A stretch of 64,000 bases of DNA from Deltaproteobacteria bacterium (GTDB lineage Bacteria; Desulfobacterota; Binatia; UBA1149; JAJCZL01): contig JAJCZL010000068.1 of NCBI GenBank assembly GCA_029262415.1, forward strand, positions 2,372-66,371, given 5' to 3'. The position numbers were made by a program, and so were the translations under genes. The notes below the pieces were generated by a model. The model searched no databases and was not told the DNA's origin. It saw nothing but the letters and a program-made list of their open reading frames with translations. Below are positions 10,061-19,364 of this stretch, in pieces. Every line of letters begins with the position of its first letter. Position 1 is the first letter of the stretch.

Positions 10061-10801
10061 TCAGGACGCGTCGGCTGCCGCGGGGCTCTTGCGCGCAAGA
10101 CCGGGGGCATCCTCGGCCGCTTCGCTTTCGGCGTTCTTGTCGCGCAGCAGTGCGATCAAGCCTTTCGGTCCGCGTTTGCTCGCCACGTCTTGGAACTGTG
10201 AGCGGAAATTCGAGACCATGCTGACGCCTTCAATGACGATGTCGATGATTTTCCATTCGCTGCCGCGCACCCGCATCCGGTAATCGATCAAAATGTCGGC
10301 GGCATTCGGTCGTATGATCTTGGTGTTGACGGTGCGGTCGCCGCGCGCTTCTTCGCGCTCGCCGGAGACAACGAAAGCAATGTCGGGAAAGTTATCGACG
10401 TTACGTCCGTAGGTGATCGACAGGTGACGCCGGAACACTCTCTGGAACTCGAGCTGTTCGTCCTTGTTGAGTTTGGTCCAGTTACGTGCGAGCACCAGCC
10501 GCGACACCGTGTAGAAATCTGCCGTCTCATCGAAGAGTGCTTCCAGCTGATCGCGCTTTTCGGCGGCGGGGGTGACCTCGTCTTTAATGATGTCGAGTGC
10601 TCTGTTCGCGGTCGTCTGGACCAGTTCTTTCGCATCGCCCGGTCCGTCGGCGATACCGAGTTTGGCCCACGCGGTCACGACGATCGCGCCGATTATAAAT
10701 CCGGCGAGGAGCTTGCGCCTCGAAGGCGGCGTTCTCGGCAGCGCCTCCTGCTTTTGATTGTCGCGCACGTCGTTATTCTCCGTCGAAGTAGTAGAGGTCA
10801 T
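10061..10801 (-). CDS. mlaC: MlaC/Ttg2D phospholipid-binding periplasmic protein
   Basis: IDYRM...WKIIDIVIEGVSMVSNFRSQF motif; operon context; true start may be slightly downstream. Confidence 0.9.
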   Translation of the reverse strand: MTSTTSTENNDVRDNQKQEALPRTPPSRRKLLAGFIIGAIVVTAWAKLGIADGPGDAKELVQTTANRALDIIKDEVTPAAEKRDQLEALFDETADFYTVSRLVLARNWTKLNKDEQLEFQRVFRRHLSITYGRNVDNFPDIAFVVSGEREEARGDRTVNTKIIRPNAADILIDYRMRVRGSEWKIIDIVIEGVSMVSNFRSQFQDVASKRGPKGLIALLRDKNAESEAAEDAPGLARKSPAAADAS

Positions 10802-11588
10802 CTTCGCTCTCCGCTGTTACGCCTTCGCCGTTTCTAATCTCGATTTCGCGTTGCTGAAAGTAGAGGTTACGGACAAACGTATAGTAGTCGAGAGAAGTCG
10901 CTTTCGCATCTTCGATCTCTTCGATGACCCCGGACCGCCAGTGTATGGTTTGCAGCGTTCGTTCCGCTGCCAATTCTTCGGGTTTGACCTCCGGCGGCCA
11001 AATTGCCAACGGATAATCGACCAAAGTGCCGGCAAAATCGCGCACGGTAGAGGGACCCAGGAAGGGTAGCACTAGGTAAGGGCCCGCCGGTACCTTCCAA
11101 ACCCCAAGGGTTTGCCCAAAGTCTTCGCTGCGGCGTTCGACGCCGTCGCATCCGGTGATGTCGACGAATCCTGCGACCCCGAGGCCGGTATTGACGAAGA
11201 AGCGGCCGAAGTTCTCGAGTGCGAGTAGCGGGTGACCTTGGAGAATGTTGTTGCCGATCACCACGGGCGAGCGCAGGTTGCGGAAAAAATTGGTGAATCC
11301 GTTGCGCACCGATTGCGGTGCGGCCCAACGCCATCCGCGTGCGGCGGGTTCGAGGAAGTAGACGTCAACTTTGTCGTTGAACGCCCAGATCACGCGGTTA
11401 AGGCCTTCGAACGGGTCGCTCTCGCGGCTTGTCGGTTCAGCGCTGTCTACTTGGGCGGCGGGCGTGGTCTCTAGCGATGCGGTCGCAAGCTGCGCGAGCG
11501 CGTCGCCGGCGGTCGCGAGCACCAGCGCGGCCGCTAACACCGGCGTGGCCGCTAACGACGATACGACTCGGTTGCGCGCGGCCTTCAT
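10773..11588 (-). CDS. mlaA: MlaA/VacJ family protein
   Basis: DPFEGLNRVIWAFND, RFFVNTGLG, EDFGQTLGVW, GPYLVLPFLGPSTVRD. Confidence 0.93.
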   Translation of the reverse strand: MKAARNRVVSSLAATPVLAAALVLATAGDALAQLATASLETTPAAQVDSAEPTSRESDPFEGLNRVIWAFNDKVDVYFLEPAARGWRWAAPQSVRNGFTNFFRNLRSPVVIGNNILQGHPLLALENFGRFFVNTGLGVAGFVDITGCDGVERRSEDFGQTLGVWKVPAGPYLVLPFLGPSTVRDFAGTLVDYPLAIWPPEVKPEELAAERTLQTIHWRSGVIEEIEDAKATSLDYYTFVRNLYFQQREIEIRNGEGVTAESEDDLYYFDGE

Positions 11589-12049
11589 CTGTCGTCCTCG
11601 CTGCCGGTGCTGCCGTAAACGAATTTGCCGAGCAGGCGTTCGAGCAGAACCGCCGACTCAGTGAACTCGAGCTGTTCGCCTTCCTTGAGCATCGTCTCTT
11701 CGCCTCCAAGCAGCATTGTAAGGTAACGGTCGCCGAGAAGGCCGGAGGTGACGATCGAAACCGATGTATCGACGGGGATTTGGAGTTCCGGGTTCAGGTT
11801 CATCTCAACGCGCGCACGATAGTCGGCGTCGAGTACGATCGACTCGACCGCGCCGACCTTGACCCCGGCGATTACCACGGGTGCGCGGGGTTTGAGGCCG
11901 CCGAGTTCGTCGAACGTTGCGTACAAGGTAAGGCCGCCCGGGCCGCCGTAGCTGATGCCGCCGACGGTGATCGACAGGTAGGCGACCGCGGCCAGTCCGA
12001 TGAGCACGAAGATGCCCACGATAAAGTCACGAAGTGGATGCCTGTTCAT
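11585..12049 (-). CDS. mlaD: MlaD MCE-domain protein
   Basis: GGLKPRAPVVIAGVKVGAV and TSGLLGDRYL motifs. Confidence 0.93.
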   Translation of the reverse strand: MNRHPLRDFIVGIFVLIGLAAVAYLSITVGGISYGGPGGLTLYATFDELGGLKPRAPVVIAGVKVGAVESIVLDADYRARVEMNLNPELQIPVDTSVSIVTSGLLGDRYLTMLLGGEETMLKEGEQLEFTESAVLLERLLGKFVYGSTGSEDDR

Positions 12050-12053
12050 TGAC

Positions 12054-12830
12054 TCAAACTCCCCATAGCGCGGTGATGAAATAGTCGGAGATCAACACGC
12101 ACACCGACGCGAAGACTACTGTCGAGGTAGTTGCCGAACTCACACCTTCTGAGGTCGGTGTGGCTGTAAAGCCGCGGTAGGTCGAAATCAAGCCGACCAA
12201 TATGCCGAATATGACCGATTTGAGCAGGCTACCGGCGACGTCGTCGGCGAAGGTCATCGAGGATTCCATGCTGGTCAAGTAGGTGCCGCCGTCGATGCCC
12301 ATAAGTAGAACGCCGATCATCCAGCCGCCGAACAAGCCGCAGCAGATAAACATTGCCGAGAGCAGCGGCATGACCAGGATCATCGATGCGGCTTTAGGTG
12401 TGACGATCAGGTGCATGGGGTCGATCGACATCATGCGCAGACCGTCGAGCTGTTCGTCTTTGACCATCGTAGCGATTTCGGCCGCGGTAGCCGAGCCGGC
12501 GCGTCCGGTGGTAAGTAGCGCGGTGAGCACCGGGCCGAGTTCTCTGACCAAGCTAAGTCCGACCACAGCCCCGAGAGTTTCTTCGGCACCGAAGCGTATC
12601 AGTGTGTTGTAGCCCTGCAGACTCAGCACCATGCCGACCGCGAGGCCCGAGACGCAGATGATGACGATTGACAGAACGCCTTCTTTGAAGATTTCCTCGC
12701 AGAAGCGCCGCCAGCGCAGCGGCCGTACAAAAAGATTTTTGACCACCGACAGCGCGAACATACCGAAGCGTCCCAGATCATAAATGAAACGGTAGACGAG
12801 GAAGCCGAGTTCTCGGATCAGCTCGATCAT
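12054..12830 (-). CDS. mlaE: MlaE ABC permease
   Basis: RELGPVLTALLTTGRAGSATAAEIATM..EQLDGL motif. Confidence 0.94.
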   Translation of the reverse strand: MIELIRELGFLVYRFIYDLGRFGMFALSVVKNLFVRPLRWRRFCEEIFKEGVLSIVIICVSGLAVGMVLSLQGYNTLIRFGAEETLGAVVGLSLVRELGPVLTALLTTGRAGSATAAEIATMVKDEQLDGLRMMSIDPMHLIVTPKAASMILVMPLLSAMFICCGLFGGWMIGVLLMGIDGGTYLTSMESSMTFADDVAGSLLKSVIFGILVGLISTYRGFTATPTSEGVSSATTSTVVFASVCVLISDYFITALWGV

Positions 12831-12856
12831 ATAGGTTGGCTTGGCGCGCCGCGCTC

Positions 12857-13657
12857 TTATGCGCGGGCAGCCCCACCTTCGGGCTCAATGTCGTCGATGT
12901 TGTCGGTGAGTTCGTCGCTAAGCAGGTTGTGGATGAGTGGATCCGCGCTGGCCCGCATCTCTTCGGGCGATCCGGAAACGGCGCCCGAGGCTTTGAGCAC
13001 CAGGACGTGGTTGGCCATACGCATGGTCGTGGCGACGTGGTGGGAAACCAGCAGCGTCGTCATTTCGTAGCGTTGGTTGACCTGGAGCAACAGCGCTTCG
13101 ATACGCTTGACAGAGATCGGATCCAAACCCGAGAAAGGCTCGTCACATAGAAGAATTTTCGGCCGTTGGATGATCGCACGCGCGAGCGCCGCGCGTTTGA
13201 GCATGCCACCGGAGAGCTGCCCGGGCAGTAGGTCTTCTGCGTTGGCAAGGCCGACTGCATCGAGGCGGTCGCGGACCTCGTCGGCGATGTCGTCTTCGCT
13301 CATGTCGGTGTGTTCGTGCAGAGGAAAGGCGAGGTTGTCGAAGACTGAGATCGAATCAAGCAGAGCGCCGTGCTGGAACATCATGCCGATGTCACGTCGT
13401 ACGTCGTACATGTCGGACTCGGCCAGTTTGGTAACATCGCGGCCGTCGATGTAGATCGCGCCCGACTGCGGCCGGATCAGGCCGCCAATCAATCTGAGCA
13501 GGGTCGATTTACCGCTGCCGCTGCCGCCCAGGATCACGGTGATCTTGCCGCGCGCGAACTCGCAGGTGAGATCGTGCATGACACGCCGCGTCCCAAACGA
13601 CATGTTTACGCCCTCTAGCGCGATCGCGACCGATTTATCGTTGCGTGCTGACTTCAT
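12857..13657 (-). CDS. mlaF: MlaF ABC ATP-binding protein
   Basis: GGSGSGKS Walker A, LSGGMLKRAALARA, CDEPFSGLDP; ATG at 13657 preferred over the longer ORF. Confidence 0.92.
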   Translation of the reverse strand: MKSARNDKSVAIALEGVNMSFGTRRVMHDLTCEFARGKITVILGGSGSGKSTLLRLIGGLIRPQSGAIYIDGRDVTKLAESDMYDVRRDIGMMFQHGALLDSISVFDNLAFPLHEHTDMSEDDIADEVRDRLDAVGLANAEDLLPGQLSGGMLKRAALARAIIQRPKILLCDEPFSGLDPISVKRIEALLLQVNQRYEMTTLLVSHHVATTMRMANHVLVLKASGAVSGSPEEMRASADPLIHNLLSDELTDNIDDIEPEGGAARA

Positions 13658-13858
13658 CCTTATATAGGCGAGGAGGTTTTCAACGGTTTGAGAGGGTTGC
13701 GACCGACCGGCGGCGCCCTTTTTAGCAGCAGAGGGCCGGGATTCCAACGACGCTTCGCACGACGTCGCCGCAGATAGCGAACGGGGGACACATTTCGACG
13801 CAGGCAAGGCTCAGCCTCGGCACGCGAAATGACTGGGGTACCGGCCCCCTCCAAGGTA

Positions 13859-13890
13859 TTGACATTGATTGTGATGTTCAATATCAATGT
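13859..13890 (+). promoter_or_regulatory. Putative Fur box overlapping a TTGACA -35 element upstream of the TonB-dependent receptor
   Basis: GATTGTGATGTTCAATATC (13867-13885) matches 14/19 of GATAATGATAATCATTATC and sits inside the inverted repeat ACATTGAT...ATCAATGT; TTGACA at 13859-13864. Confidence 0.65.
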
Positions 13891-13940
13891 AGCCACGGAG
13901 CGCTGCAGGCTCCGCAATACACAACCAGGATGAAGCCGAA

Positions 13941-16379
13941 GTGAGAATACGACAAACCATTAATTGCATCCTAGAACCGGCCGTCAAGCCCTGCGCGGCT
14001 CCCGAGCCCACACGGGCGATTGCTCAACCTTGGGGTCGCCGACCAACGAATAACCGCCGAGGCTTTACGCTTGCCGGCCGCGCCGCCTGGGTTCTGAGCC
14101 TGCTCGGGGTCGTGGGTGCCGCCGGCCTTGAGTTTTACCCCGGCGTGGCCTTCGGCGCTGACCACACGTCCCGCGGGGAGCGTCGAGTACTCGAGCTGCC
14201 AACCGTGACTGTTCTCGGCGATAGCGACCTACGCACGCTGCCCGGGTCAGGGAGGCGGGTCACCAGCGATGAGATCCGCACACAGAGCTATGACGACATC
14301 AACCGCGTGCTGCGTAAGGTGCCCGGTGTCTACCTGCGCGAAGAAGACGGCCAGGGTCTGTTTCCGAACATCAGCCTGCGCGGTGTCGACGGCGCGCGCA
14401 GCGCCAAGGTGACGATCATGGAAGACGGTGTGCTGACGGCGCCTGCACCGTACGCAGCACCGTCGGCCTACTATTCGCCGACGGCAGGACGGATGCACAG
14501 CATCGAAGTTCTCAAGGGCTCGAGCCAGGTTCGCTACGGGCCGCACACCACGGGTGGCGTCATCAACTACGTATCCACTCCTATACCGGCCGAGCCGACC
14601 GTGTACTTCAAGCAGCTCTTCGGCAACTTTGAGGAGATTCGCTCGCACCTTTATTTCGGCGACACCATCGACACCAACAATGGACGTTTGGGTTTTTTGG
14701 TTGAGGGCTTCTTCCGTCGCAACGAAGGTTTCAAAACTCGCGACACGGCGCCCGACTTTGCCGATGGCGACGACACCGGTTTTGAGAAGACCGAGCCTAT
14801 GGTCAAGCTCTCGTGGGAGCCCGACACGCCGACCTATCAGCGCTTCGAGGCCAAGCTCGGCTACAGCGACATCGATGCAGACGAGGGGTACCTCGGCCTG
14901 ACCGAGGCCGACTTTGCGGCCGACCCGTACCGGCAGTACACAGCTTCGCGCTTCGATCACTTCGAGAGCACCCACACCCGCAGTTACTTACGGCATTACA
15001 TTGAGCCGACACGAAACCTCAACGTTACGACCACGGCCTACTACAACAAGTTCCACCGCAACTGGTTTAAACTGAACGACGTTAGCGACGATCCCAATGC
15101 TACGCCGGTGACCTTCGGCGCCTCCGACCTGGCGTTGGCAAAAGCGTTGGCCGAGGGTGGTACGCACCTCGACGTTCTCAAGGGGAACGCCGGCGGCACC
15201 TGGCGCGTGCGCAACAACAACCGCGACTATTACCTGTACGGGATGGAGAGCGTGCTGAACACACAGATAGAAGTCGGCGGCATCGAGCACAACGTTACGG
15301 CTGGACTGCGCGCCAACAGCGACAAGGAGCGTCGCTTCCAGACCGACGAGTACTTCAACACCAACGCCTCGGGCGTGGTAACCGGCTCTACACTGGGCGA
15401 AGCCGGAGCGGGCGGCGATCGTGAAGAGAAAGTTGATGCATATACCGCGTTCGTCGAAGACAAGATCACGCTTGGACGTTTGACCATCACCCCCGGTGTG
15501 CGCGTCGAGCATTTGGAGTTATCGACCGTCGACTTCCGTTCGGGCGAAGCGCTTGACGGTAGTCTCAACCTGCTGGGCGGGGGTGTCGGTGTTTCGTTTG
15601 AGGCGTCGGATACGACGACGTTGTTCGGGGGTGTGAACCGTGGCTATTCGCCGCCCGGACCACGCGCACACTTGCGTGGCGACATGCTCGATGAAGAGAC
15701 CAGCATCGCTACTGAACTTGGCGTCCGCTACGACAGCGGCGATGGCGTCGTGATCGGCGAGGCGGTGGCTTTTTACACTGCCTTCGATGACCTGATCGTG
15801 CTCGACAATGTCGGTGGAGCAGGCGGCTCGAGCGGCGACCCGATCAGCGAGAACGCCGGTCGCGTCGATAGTTACGGCTTGGAGCTTTCCTCTACTTATG
15901 ACGCCGGTGTAGCCAACGGTTGGCAGGTTAACAACCCGTTCTTCTTGGCGGTGACGCTTACGCAGGCCGAGCTGAAGAACGATGTGAACTCGACGGACGG
16001 TGAGTCAATTTTCGCAGGCGGCTTTGACGGCGCGAAGGTTCCCTATGTGCCCGAGATTCAGGCCTCGGCCGGTGTTGCCGTGAATGGACAGCGCGCGGGT
16101 GCGGAGTTGGTCGTAAACTACGTAGACTCAACCTTTTCGACGGCGAGCAACGTCAGTACTCAAATCGACGCATTCGGCCAGCCCGATGCGCGTTTCGGGC
16201 GCATCGACTCGTATGTGACCGTCGACCTTGCCGCACACTACGACATCAACGACAACGTGCGTTTGCTGGTCGGTGCCCAAAACCTGTTTGACGAAGACTA
16301 CTTGGTTTCTCGTCATCCCTTCGGTCCGCGTCCGGGTCGCCCCTTTACGGCTTACGTCGGGTTAGAATTGAAACGTTGA
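13941..16379 (+). CDS. TonB-dependent receptor, FecA-like iron transporter
   Basis: Plug RKVPGVYLREEDGQGLFPNISLRG, APYAAPSAYYSP, IEVLKGSSQVRYGPHTTGGVINY; C-terminal NLFDEDY...PGRPFTAYVG; start uncertain. Confidence 0.9.
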   Translation: MRIRQTINCILEPAVKPCAAPEPTRAIAQPWGRRPTNNRRGFTLAGRAAWVLSLLGVVGAAGLEFYPGVAFGADHTSRGERRVLELPTVTVLGDSDLRTLPGSGRRVTSDEIRTQSYDDINRVLRKVPGVYLREEDGQGLFPNISLRGVDGARSAKVTIMEDGVLTAPAPYAAPSAYYSPTAGRMHSIEVLKGSSQVRYGPHTTGGVINYVSTPIPAEPTVYFKQLFGNFEEIRSHLYFGDTIDTNNGRLGFLVEGFFRRNEGFKTRDTAPDFADGDDTGFEKTEPMVKLSWEPDTPTYQRFEAKLGYSDIDADEGYLGLTEADFAADPYRQYTASRFDHFESTHTRSYLRHYIEPTRNLNVTTTAYYNKFHRNWFKLNDVSDDPNATPVTFGASDLALAKALAEGGTHLDVLKGNAGGTWRVRNNNRDYYLYGMESVLNTQIEVGGIEHNVTAGLRANSDKERRFQTDEYFNTNASGVVTGSTLGEAGAGGDREEKVDAYTAFVEDKITLGRLTITPGVRVEHLELSTVDFRSGEALDGSLNLLGGGVGVSFEASDTTTLFGGVNRGYSPPGPRAHLRGDMLDEETSIATELGVRYDSGDGVVIGEAVAFYTAFDDLIVLDNVGGAGGSSGDPISENAGRVDSYGLELSSTYDAGVANGWQVNNPFFLAVTLTQAELKNDVNSTDGESIFAGGFDGAKVPYVPEIQASAGVAVNGQRAGAELVVNYVDSTFSTASNVSTQIDAFGQPDARFGRIDSYVTVDLAAHYDINDNVRLLVGAQNLFDEDYLVSRHPFGPRPGRPFTAYVGLELKR

Positions 16380-16405
16380 AGGGCGTCGGTGCGTCGGTGG
16401 TGAGA

Positions 16406-17035
16406 TCAGTGACGCGAAGAGCGGCTGTGGCGAGCCAGTTCGAACTCGAAAGGGATCGTCGCCTCGTACTCAACCGCTAGACCGGCGCGCGAAGCGGGGG
16501 TGAAGCGATAGAGCGCCGCTGCTTTGCGCGCGGCCTCGTCCAGGGTGATCACTCCTGAACTGCGTAGCGTCGTAACGTTACCGACTTTCCCGCTCGCAAG
16601 GACCAGGAGTTTGAGAAGAACAGTTCCTTCTTGCCCGGCGCGTTGTGCGCTTTGCGGATAGATCGGCGGCCGGTTACGTGACCAGGGCACCGGTTCCGTA
16701 TCAATAACGCGTGCTACGCTTTCGTTTACCTCGCGCGATGCGTCCGGCGCTGCGACCGGCACCGGCACTACGGGTTTTTGCGGAGCTACTTTGGCCATCG
16801 GCTTCGGTTTCGCCGGTGCAGGCTCGGGAACGACCTCGCTTACGGGTTCGGGCTTGACGGCCTCGAGTACCGGTGGTGACGGCACCGTAGGTGCGCGTAC
16901 CGAAACGCTGATGCGTTCGGAACGGACGTTGAGTTGCGGTGTACGGATGTGGGGCGCCGCGGCGAGTATCGCAATGTGGGCAAATACCGAGGCCGCGACC
17001 AATGAGTGGAAGCCAAAGTCGTTGTCAATGCGCAT
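16406..17035 (-). CDS. tonB: Energy transducer TonB
   Basis: N-terminal SVFAH TM helix, Pro-rich linker, PIYP..AQRAGQEGTVLL and SSG...LDEAA. Confidence 0.88.
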   Translation of the reverse strand: MRIDNDFGFHSLVAASVFAHIAILAAAPHIRTPQLNVRSERISVSVRAPTVPSPPVLEAVKPEPVSEVVPEPAPAKPKPMAKVAPQKPVVPVPVAAPDASREVNESVARVIDTEPVPWSRNRPPIYPQSAQRAGQEGTVLLKLLVLASGKVGNVTTLRSSGVITLDEAARKAAALYRFTPASRAGLAVEYEATIPFEFELARHSRSSRH

Positions 17036-17057
17036 GTTCAACCGTGTCGCCTCTTCT

Positions 17058-17468
17058 TCATTCGCCCGTCGGCGGTGTGTTATGCGCGATGTCCAGCGAT
17101 TTGGCGCCTGCACGGCGCGCGGCGTCGATGACTTGGACCACCGTTTTGTATGGAACGCTCTCGTCGCCGCGGAAGATCACGGCTTTCTCCGGCGCTTCCG
17201 CTAAAGCGTTGCGCAGTTGGTCGAGGAGTCCGTCGGCGAGGACTTCGACCTGATTGACGAACAGCCTGCCGTCGGCGCCTGCGCTGACCATGACCGCACG
17301 CCCGTCGCCAGGACCGTCGTTGGTCTGCGCTTCGGGTAGCGCGACTTCGATGCGCGGCGCCATGAACGTCGAACTCAACATAAAGAAGATCAACAACTGT
17401 AAGACGATGTCGAGCAGGGGGCTGATATCGAGCGTGGTCGAAGGTTTTTTGGTACGGCGGAACTTCAT
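17058..17468 (-). CDS. exbD: ExbD/TolR biopolymer transporter
   Basis: ISPLLDIVLQLLIFFM and RGDESVPYKTVVQVID. Confidence 0.9.
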   Translation of the reverse strand: MKFRRTKKPSTTLDISPLLDIVLQLLIFFMLSSTFMAPRIEVALPEAQTNDGPGDGRAVMVSAGADGRLFVNQVEVLADGLLDQLRNALAEAPEKAVIFRGDESVPYKTVVQVIDAARRAGAKSLDIAHNTPPTGE

Positions 17469-17498
17469 CGTCGGCGCATCTCGTTCGCGACGCTGACC

Positions 17499-18188
17499 TC
17501 AGCCCTGTCCGACCGCAGCTGGCAGCGAGTCGCGTTCACCTTCATCACTATGCATTTGTGCGGTGTGTTTGCCGAGCCACTGGTCGAGGTAGCTGACGAT
17601 GAAGCTCATGCGACGTGCCATTTGGTCGGCGCGGCTTTCGAGGGAGTGGAACGCGGCAAGACAGGGAATGGCTATCGCCAGGCCGAAGACCGTGGTGAGA
17701 AGTGCTTCCCAAATGCCCGCTGCCAAATCGCTCGGCTGTACCTGTCCGCCGGCGAGTTCGATCTGGTGGAAGGCACCGACCAGTCCAGCAACGGTTCCGA
17801 GCAGCCCGAGCAGGGTTGCAAGGTGGGCGATAGTAGAAAGTCCGCGTAGGCGTTGCTCGGCACCTTCGAGTGCGAGTGCACCCTCGCGCGCAACCACCGA
17901 ACCACGCGCGTCGTCGTCGAGGTCGATGGTGTCTAGGTAGGCACCGGCCGTTGCGGCGACCGGTCCGCGGTATGTGCTGCAGAGTTCGCGCGCCTGTTCG
18001 AGTTTGCCCGTCGTTACCCGCGCGGCGAGTTCGCCGACGAACTTAGGGTAGTCCAAACGCATGCGGATATGGGCGAGGCTGCGGTCGAGGATCAGCGCGA
18101 GAGCGACGACCGAGCAGCCGAGTAGCGGCCACATGATGGGTCCGCCTTTGAGGACGAGTTCGGCGAGTGAATGATTCCAGACTTGCAT
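17499..18188 (-). CDS. exbB: ExbB/MotA/TolQ proton channel
   Basis: GGPIMWPL, LLGLLGTVAG, GIWEALLTTVFGLAIAIP. Confidence 0.9.
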   Translation of the reverse strand: MQVWNHSLAELVLKGGPIMWPLLGCSVVALALILDRSLAHIRMRLDYPKFVGELAARVTTGKLEQARELCSTYRGPVAATAGAYLDTIDLDDDARGSVVAREGALALEGAEQRLRGLSTIAHLATLLGLLGTVAGLVGAFHQIELAGGQVQPSDLAAGIWEALLTTVFGLAIAIPCLAAFHSLESRADQMARRMSFIVSYLDQWLGKHTAQMHSDEGERDSLPAAVGQG

Positions 18189-18260
18189 ATGTATAACCGC
18201 CTGCCGCCTTAGCACTCTCCTGTGTCGTCGCGCAAGCGCGACAACCATGGGACTCACTTT

Positions 18261-18294
18261 GATTATGAATGTCGTTATCAGCGTACCATGTCAA
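18261..18294 (-). promoter_or_regulatory. Putative Fur box upstream of exbB-exbD-tonB
   Basis: Minus strand GATAACGACATTCATAATC (18279-18261) matches 15/19 of the Fur consensus; TTGACA on the minus strand at 18294-18289. Confidence 0.65.
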
Positions 18295-18345
18295 GTGGTC
18301 ACCCCTCTAAACGCGACTGAGTTAGGTCGCTTAATAATAAAAAAA

Positions 18346-18620
18346 ATGACACGGCGCGTAACAACCCAGAATTCGCTACTTTGCCCTAATTCCGCCGCTT
18401 TTCACTCACTACGGTCGCGACCGTCGGTATTGCCAAAGCTCCGGCGGCCGCGGCCGTAGAAAAACTGGTCGTTCACAGCGGCCGCGCGAGTCCCTGTTCG
18501 GCCCGAGTTTCGGGCGCTTCGCGGAAGCGACCGGCATCAAGGCTGAGGTTTGCTACAACGACACGCCTGCGTCGGCCATTCAACTGCTTGCCGGGGTTGA
18601 AGCCAGCCTGGCGGACGTAA
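18346..18620 (+). pseudogene. Remnant of Fe3+ ABC transporter substrate-binding protein (FutA/AfuA-like), frameshifted and 3'-truncated
   Basis: Signal-like TVATVGIAKAPAAAA-VEKLVVHSGR, then after a frameshift ESLFGPSFGRFAEATGIKAEVCYNDTPASAIQLLAGVEASLADV, resembling LVVYSGR..SL..P....FE..TGIKV.V.YG.T......L..EG..SPADV of Fe3+-binding proteins. Confidence 0.65.
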
Positions 18621-18736
18621 AAACTTGTTTTAGGAGTCCGGCTATTTCGGTGCGCACCAATCCGCGCTTCGACGATTCGCAGGGCCACAGGGTCGGCACC
18701 ATCGGCAGGACTGCGCGCCGTGATAAGCTCCACGCC

Positions 18737-19336
18737 GTGAAACAGATGGCGCGACACTGCGACAGGAATCAAGCCCATATCTTGGACGTGCTGCGTGAAG
18801 CCTTTGCAGACGTCGGCAGCGTACTCGAGATCGGCAGCGGCAGCGGACAGCACGCGGCTTACTTCGCGAGTAACCTGCCGCGCCTACAATGGACACCGAG
18901 CGATCTCGTCGAAAGTCATCCGAGTATTCAAGCGTGGCGTGATGAGCTCGCGCTCGCCAATTTGCACGCGCCGCTTGCCCTCGACGTAGACGATTCGGTG
19001 TGGCCCGGCGAACCCTTCGACGCGATCTTCACCGCGAACACTTTGCATATCATGGGCTGGCCCTCTGTTGTGAACCTCTTCGCGCACGCACCGCTTGTGC
19101 TGCGGCCCGGTGGGCTGTTGTGCATATACGGTCCGTTCAACTACGGCGGATGCTATACCTCGCCCGGTAACGAGGCCTTCGATGCGCGTTTGCAGGGGGA
19201 CGATCCGGTGCGTGGAATCCGCGACTTCGAGCGGATTGATGCGCTGGCCCTAGCGCATGGCATGCGCCTGCGCAAAGACTACGAGATGCCGGCCAACAAC
19301 CGCATCCTCTTGTGGGTCAACAAAAGCGACGAGTGA
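18737..19336 (+). CDS. DUF938 family SAM-dependent methyltransferase
   Basis: VLEIGSGSGQHA, ANTLHIMGW, YGPFNYGG, GIRDFE, MPANNRIL. Confidence 0.88.
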   Translation: MKQMARHCDRNQAHILDVLREAFADVGSVLEIGSGSGQHAAYFASNLPRLQWTPSDLVESHPSIQAWRDELALANLHAPLALDVDDSVWPGEPFDAIFTANTLHIMGWPSVVNLFAHAPLVLRPGGLLCIYGPFNYGGCYTSPGNEAFDARLQGDDPVRGIRDFERIDALALAHGMRLRKDYEMPANNRILLWVNKSDE

Positions 19337-19364
19337 GCCTGCCGCAGGTTAGTCTATATAGGTT

